Of a stretch of 64,000 nucleotides of DNA, positions 57,501 to 64,000 are shown piece after piece; the first letter of the stretch is position 1; each line of letters starts with the position of its first letter. Below the pieces are notes generated by a model. It made no database searches, was not told where the DNA came from, and saw nothing but the letters and a program-made list of their open reading frames with translations. The stretch comes from Trichoplax adhaerens. Taxonomy: Eukaryota > Animalia > Placozoa. The stretch spans positions 1,292,832 to 1,356,831 of the forward strand of contig NW_002060943.1 in the NCBI RefSeq assembly GCF_000150275.1, given 5' to 3'. Made by a program: the position numbers and the translations under genes.

Positions 57501-58821
57501 ATGAAATTGCGATAGAATTAATACAATGTCAGCTTCAGTTTAACTTTCTCGTGCATCTTACCAAACATTCGAACACGATTTAGATTAATGCCATTTTTGC
57601 TTTCTTGAGGACTCATGAATGACGAGGTTACTAATATAACCTAAATGATATTATTATTATTCATTATAGCGTTGAACTATTCCATTAAATTACGGAAAGC
57701 AATGATAAGAAACTCTAGCATTGCATAGTATTACCAGTTACTTTTGACAAATGTCAAAAGTCTAATGAAACAGAATTTTAATACAGCATTATTGATCATG
57801 CTTAATACAGGGTAAAACCTTGAAATCTTCGTTGTGAGTCCAAGCTGATTTACCAACTAAGACCTCAATAAAAGCAGAACCTTCGTTCCCTAATCATTTA
57901 TTTGGAGTTAAATACGAGTTTAATCTAAGGCGATACTTTAGCACAAAATCAACAGTCCATTCAATACAAGTTTAGAATTGTGTCAGAATTTTTTATCTAT
58001 AGATATACTTTCATCAAAATTTTAAGATAAGGCACAGACACATAGCTACAGTATCAAGCATTGCAGGCGGTATCAACTGCACATGACAGAAGATAGGTAT
58101 GAACACTGAACAGTATAAGCAAGAAATGAAGTTATTCATAGTTACTCGTTCTGTTTACATTAGCAATATATACTACTATCCTTTACAAGTATATCAGTAT
58201 CCTACATTTTATCAATTCATCGTTGATTGAATACTGCATCGAATAAGCGTCAACTGTGCATTCAAGCTATCTGCTATATCAATCGGTTTCATACACCTTA
58301 CCAATATGAATAGAGTCAATCTTTTCAGCTTTGTTGAACTGTATAATAACTGCAACTTGTTTATCACCAGGATCAGCAGATTTCCATTTGCGAAAAGTGT
58401 CTGCATTCAAGAGATTTTTAGCGCAGTAAACCTAAACACGGATGACAAAGAGTCCTTCGATGAGAGATATGCAATACAAAATGCAAAGGTTGAGATTAGG
58501 TATAACCTATCAGTATAACTACAAGCAGCAATATTGCAATTTGCACAGTGACTTCAAATCATTCAGCATGCAATCTCTCCTATCAACTAGGTATCTTCGT
58601 TATAGAACCCAAGCTGTTGAGATTATCCACAATTCCTTCCATGTTATTATTTACTGTTCATTATTGTGTTTTGATGAGTGAAATGATATTATTTACTAAA
58701 GCAACATCGATTAATCTTCTCTATTTTCACTTCATTATGAACAGATCGATAGCCTCCAAGAAATAATTACCTTATCCTCACTGCTGCAAGATACAATATG
58801 GCTAAAAGCGATTTCCGGCAT
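54524..58821 (-). CDS. XRCC1: DNA repair protein XRCC1 (N-terminal domain, BRCT1, linker, BRCT2; about 13 exons)
   Basis: MPEIAFSHIVSCSSED start, IHIGNEGSAFIEVLVG, LVTSSFMSPQESK, CTQPYNKNVTYGLSFI, BRCT1 VLSGYQNPLRGQLR..THLICAFKSTPKY, and BRCT2 LPDYFSG..WIYECHNQRKRLP. Confidence 0.95.
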
Positions 58822-58984
58822 GATTACTTCCGCTATAAATGGCAGGGGTATACTAATCAAGTCCAGCTAATATTGCACACCAATAAGAAGCAGCAGGTCC
58901 AAAGAGAACGTATGAAACATTATGCAGATCCTGGAACAAGTTCGTGCAAATCATCAAATCATTCTTCGGAGGTAGGCTGTCCGC

Positions 58985-59205
58985 TACTGTACACAGTATC
59001 CTGCAGAGTACAATACGTACTGTACTGTACTGTACGTACATTGCACTGTACGGTACAGTACCGTACAGTACAGTTATTCATAGAGACTCGTATAAGAAAA
59101 ACCTTCAGTACAGTACAGTATCACAACATACAGTACTGTACATAGTGTACAGTACATTGTACAGTACTGTACCGTACTGTACTGTACGCAGATACTGTAC
59201 CATAC
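58985..59205. repeat. (TACTG/CAGTA)n pentamer-rich tract upstream of XRCC1
   Basis: Dense tactgtactgtac and cagtacagtac runs in alternating orientation. Similar tracts occur at about 39075-39130, 40316-40450, 41160-41292 and 50020-50080. Confidence 0.85.
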
Positions 59206-59648
59206 CTGTTTAGGCATGGACCACTAGAAATATACCGGATCGGACCGGACCAGACCGGACCAGATGCTCTTCGGATGGACGGAGTTTTCTTTCCCGATGA
59301 GACCCAAAATGTCGAAAAATAATGACTCACAGTCAGTATAGATCTTGCGTGTCTCTTTTCGAAATCACTGGTATAAATTTAAATAACATTGATGATCTAA
59401 AGTTACTGCTTTCAAGCACAGCTTAGTAACAGGCCGTGGAATACAATGCAATATCACTTAATTTATAAAACATCAGTCAACTCAGAATCGACTGTCTAAA
59501 TACTAAAGTACTCTCATAATCAAGTGTTGAACATAATTTGTCGACGAAATGAGCCCAAATGTCTGCCCCTTCACAGGAGTGTCTAGGTATTCTTCTCGTC
59601 GTTCATGCTTTAGATTGGTACGGTATATAATTAATATTAGGGGGCATT

Positions 59649-59811
59649 CAGAGGATACTATATAACAGCCATTTACTCAAAAAACGCCGCTTTGGAAAAT
59701 GTCCACAAGAGTGCGTCTGTGCAAAGTGTACAATTCAGAGAGATGCTATTTTTGTAGTCATTTTCGAAATTAGCGCTTTTGGAGTAAATGGCCCTTATAT
59801 AGTATCCTCTG
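59649..59811. mobile_element. MITE-like foldback element, 163 bp, probably Tc1/mariner-superfamily derived
   Basis: Perfect 17-bp termini CAGAGGATACTATATAA..TTATATAGTATCCTCTG, with imperfect inverted arms extending to about 70 bp. The right flank is TA and the left flank is TT (degenerate TSD). Confidence 0.8.
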
Positions 59812-62800
59812 TATTTACCTACAACACATCGGTACTAGCTGTTTCGAAGGTATCCTTTCCAGCTCATGTTACATGCATTAATCCCTCATCTTAACAGCAT
59901 AGTTATCGTACATCGCTAATTTAATAAATGGAATCGTATCAGTAAACATCAAGGGATATTGATACACAGCTCAACGGAGCAGTTTATCAAACCAGAATTC
60001 CACACATTCTGGCAAAATAGTATTCTTTCCGTGGCATGTGGCATCAATAATTACCACTTTGATACGAATTTTACAACAATATTCATGCTAGATAGAAATA
60101 AGGTTATTGATGTCAAATCCTATGCAATAATATTCATCATGATAAAAATAAAATTCATTATAATTACGTAATATCAAATTCTAATTTATAGTGATATTCG
60201 ACTATTACTTATTATTATTACACAGCTTCCAATAAGGCAGCTATTTTTGTTTGGCAAAATAAATTAAACTGTATATGATACAGTTGTTTGGCTATTTGCT
60301 TAATAATACCGATCAAATGATGTTATATCTAACTTTACCACCCATCATTAATTATTTATTACTTGCTATAACAAAATAAACCGTAATCACTATGGTCACA
60401 TCAAATTGATCACGAAATAAGAACAAGCAATAGGTATTATTAAGTTTGCAGGTAATTAAAACGCTCTTCTATCACCCATCCACTATGGGTACTTTTGATC
60501 TCATTCGTGTCAATCAATACGAAATGACTTAAATAGAGCAAGGTTAAATATTGCCTCAAAATTAAAATTCCTAATTTAACAGCTAAGCAGAAGGCTAGCC
60601 TGTAGGACAGTCAATTCCAAATGACACATCATAATGATTATTTACACTTACAGTCGAAAATTGAGTTAGCAATAACATGGTTAACCTTAAAGTGCATTTT
60701 CGGTACTACCGATATAAAATGAAATTTCACCCTTAAAACTTGAATTTATTATTACAAAAACATGCTCCATTCTGTAAAAGTATCAAATAGAGTAGAAGGA
60801 TAAGATATATTCTCTTCACATCAGCATAAAAACAATATTAAGATGTTAAAAAAAGAAATCTTGCACATTGGCTTCTGTCAGACGGCAAGTAGAATAACTG
60901 ATCAAATTTATAAGGCTGTGACTACAAAATAACTCAAAAAGATGACAAATAAAGACAATAACAGTAAAGTGATTATTAAATATAAGAATTTTAAGTACCT
61001 AATTCTGTTATGATATTTGATAAATACCATAATAGTGTGCAATCAAATAGGATATAACGGTATCATAATTAAGAACCCACCTAAAGGATAGAAATTTATA
61101 TATGTCTATCAATAGTATAATAAGTACTATCAGTATACAGTTTAACGAAAACAGAGATTAGAGCACAATTAAAATTATAACGGAATAAGGAAATAGACAT
61201 TAAAAATAAAAAATTTATTTATTTACCTTCCGTAATGATTATGATTAATGATCACAATACCTGAAAGAAAATGAGGAAAAACATAATGAAGATTCCATAT
61301 CCCCATTTTTATTTTACACTTTTTGCGATAATGTAGTGATATTGTTACGGCAACTATTCGAGTTTGAATTATTTGTTTCAACGATCAGGTAGGAATTACC
61401 ATGACATTTATAAAAGCCCACGATAGCAAACGTTGTAAAATTTTTTGCATTTATTGATCGAAAAAAATAGTACTGAAAATTATTTATTGGTTTATTAACT
61501 TACTTCAGCAAAGACGGACAGTTTAAGCTACGTAGATAAAAATTTATAATACTGATTTGCAGATAATAATTTTTTTGTTTAAATAGCTAATAAATAAATA
61601 TGAGTATGAAAAGAAATTAGTTCAGTATTAGAATGAGTTATGATTGACGTCAGAATAGCCAATAACAATAATAGATGCCATATATGCTTGTTTAAGCTGT
61701 TTATCGATAGCTATTTTTATTGCATTTCACTATAACGATAATTTTAATCTCGCTTGAGAAATCTTTATAGTAGGGCTTTCAGTAAACTCTTATACGAAAG
61801 TAATATTCTTCCACTCTACATAATATACGAAATTAAATAGCTAGGCTAACATAAGAATCCATTAATATCTTTATCTAGTTGCAACTATTTTTGCTAATAT
61901 TTTTGGCTATCAATTATTACAGCTGTAATATTCCTCTTACTGAGCTTAGTATTAGTAAATATCCAAACCGTTATAACTAAATAAAATACTTACCCATTCA
62001 GCTAGTACCGTAGTAATTGGTAACGTAATCATGACAAGCATAAATTTTCTGCAACTATTCAGCAAGAACTACCAATATACTAATATCTAGTGAATTTCTA
62101 ACACAATCTCACAGTACATTTCCATTAATGGTAAATAGTAATTAACAGTAACGTTATCATAACAATAATAGAAGCTTTTCTCATTATTTGACTTGTCAAG
62201 ACAACTTTATTGCCGGTGCAGTTGCATCTAAATTATAGGCGTCATTCATTCAGAAGTAAGACGTATTTAAGTTATGTATGCATGCATGCGAGTGCTTTGC
62301 AGTGCAATATGATATGCTCTGTAGGCCATTATTGAGTCTTAGAAATGATTAAAGAGGTATTTTCTGTCATTATTTATTCAATTGCAACACCGTACTAAAT
62401 AAACATAATTTAAAAATCTGACAGATATACAAGAGAATCAATCATCAGCGTAAATTTGAAAGTATACATAGTCAAGGTATAAACTATGTGAACTCATTAT
62501 GATAACATACGTTAAATATTTCAAAGCCAGTAATTTTAGTACAGGATAAGGCTAGCAACAGCCTAAACTCAGCAAATTATTATCCTTCCATATGATATTG
62601 AACAAAAGGAAAAAAAAGGAAAATTTAATACCAACGACATTGATTAAGTTCAATTATCAAGACGACATGAGTAAACTGTAAACAGACAAGATATCGCCAT
62701 TAATATTAATACCCGCGTGTATTAAAATCTTGATCTTAGTATAAGAAAACCATTATCATTGTTATCTAATTTGAGGAAGAAAAAATGGCATAGCCGCAGT

Positions 62801-63809
62801 AAAAATATGTTAGAATACCGACGTATGTATCAACATTTAATGGAATCCGGCGGGTTGTCATTTCTTATCAACGCGTACTTTAATACAGTTTGATATTAGA
62901 ATTAGCGATTATAGCAGATTTTAACAAGTAAAATGAGCCATTTTGGCGGCTAAGAATAATTAAAGATAAAAATTGAATGAAAATAAATCTTGAGATCATC
63001 TAGTGACTGAAATCTTCTTAAATATTCGTCAAGTTTTACAGTTTGAGCTTAAATTACTGCTATAATTTTACAACCAAAGTGACAGAATTAGCATAAATTA
63101 TAAAGCTCGCATCAGATTAGAAAATGAGAGAGCAAAATTGAAAATCGTTGTCAGTTTGATGAGATCAATCAATCAATGCAATAGTTCGAGAAAAAAATGA
63201 ACCAGAAAACATTCTATCAAAACAGAAATATAGTAAGTTACATTATTTCATTAAAGTAATTGGAAGGTAAATTCAATGATGAACCTTACAATCTCATTCT
63301 ACTAAATCAAATAAAAATTGTTCAGAAGCATATAAGTCAGCATTATGGCTTAACCCGATGATCATGACTATTTCCTATAGCATCAGATCAACTAGTTTAT
63401 GCCATAGGGGATCGAATCATCTTACTTAGGTCAAAAGGTAAGCAAAATGTAAGTTAATAACCGGTAATAATCTTATTTTCTATTGAACTATGTTTAATCA
63501 TCTTCTTATATAGTATCCATTATAAAATAAAATAAATAGTCTATCATCACATAAAATGAACGATGATTTAGCAAACAGACAAAATGAAATAGCATCACCT
63601 TTAATATAATTTTGTAATCCATGGAAAAAAGGAAAGTCAGTTAATGAGATAAAGTCATCCAAATTGCCTGCAAAATGCTGACACAGAAGAGAAACAACCT
63701 TCATTGCCTTGTTTCTTATGCAGCTATCGACGGAAAGAGTTGAGAATAAAAAATCGATCGATAGCAAGAGGAAATGGAGGCGAACCAGCTGCAGTAAATT
63801 CACTGGTTT

Positions 63810-63917
63810 TATTTTCGTTGGCTTGTCTGGCTAACCGATTTACTGTTGGTCAAGTCTTTCATATCTGTCTCCGCAATAACGATAGCTGTTGTCGTTGTTG
63901 TTCTTTCTCGTTGTGAA
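63810..63917 (-). CDS. Possible terminal exon of a gene lying mostly beyond the right window edge
   Basis: A donor AG|GTAAGA at 63996 and an acceptor AG at 63918-63919 define a 79-bp intron. The exon has higher GC, but its reading frame is ambiguous. Confidence 0.35.
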
Positions 63918-64000
63918 CTATTCTGTACACTCATTTCTCGTACCAAATTTAAATCATGCATTTTACCCCAAAAGATAGGCCGCATGGGTGTCTTACCTAA

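Noticed and set aside
58798-59330. Overlapping Tyr/Cys/Thr/Val-rich ORFs (also 41066-41293 and 49965-50210)
   Set aside because: They are translations of the TACTG pentamer tracts, which leave several frames open.

Overview
Eukaryotic, AT-rich animal genomic DNA with compact genes and mostly short GT-AG introns. The style suggests a non-bilaterian, plausibly a placozoan such as Trichoplax (inference, not verified). Left to right: (1) a giant secreted Ser/Thr/Tyr tandem-repeat protein on the minus strand. It has a signal-peptide exon at 7435-7510 and about 50 copies of a 111-bp/37-aa unit, runs off the left edge and is missed by the ORF track. (2) An intronless SV2/SVOP-like MFS transporter and a neighbouring pseudogene copy. 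(3) A roughly 26-exon MUC4-like membrane mucin (NIDO-AMOP-vWD-EGF-SEA-EGF-TM) whose probable signal exon lies about 7.7 kb upstream. (4) EPHX1 head-to-head with a 3-exon, 65-aa, 19-Cys metallothionein that is also missed by the ORF track. Its promoter carries a 21-bp-phased array of a non-canonical MRE-like motif. (5) A further MFS fragment, DCPS, MMAA, and XRCC1 with an unusual 5x ATLPL linker array. (6) A MITE, several tandem repeats and promoter-associated (TACTG/CAGTA)n tracts. All exon boundaries were read by hand and may be off by a few bases.
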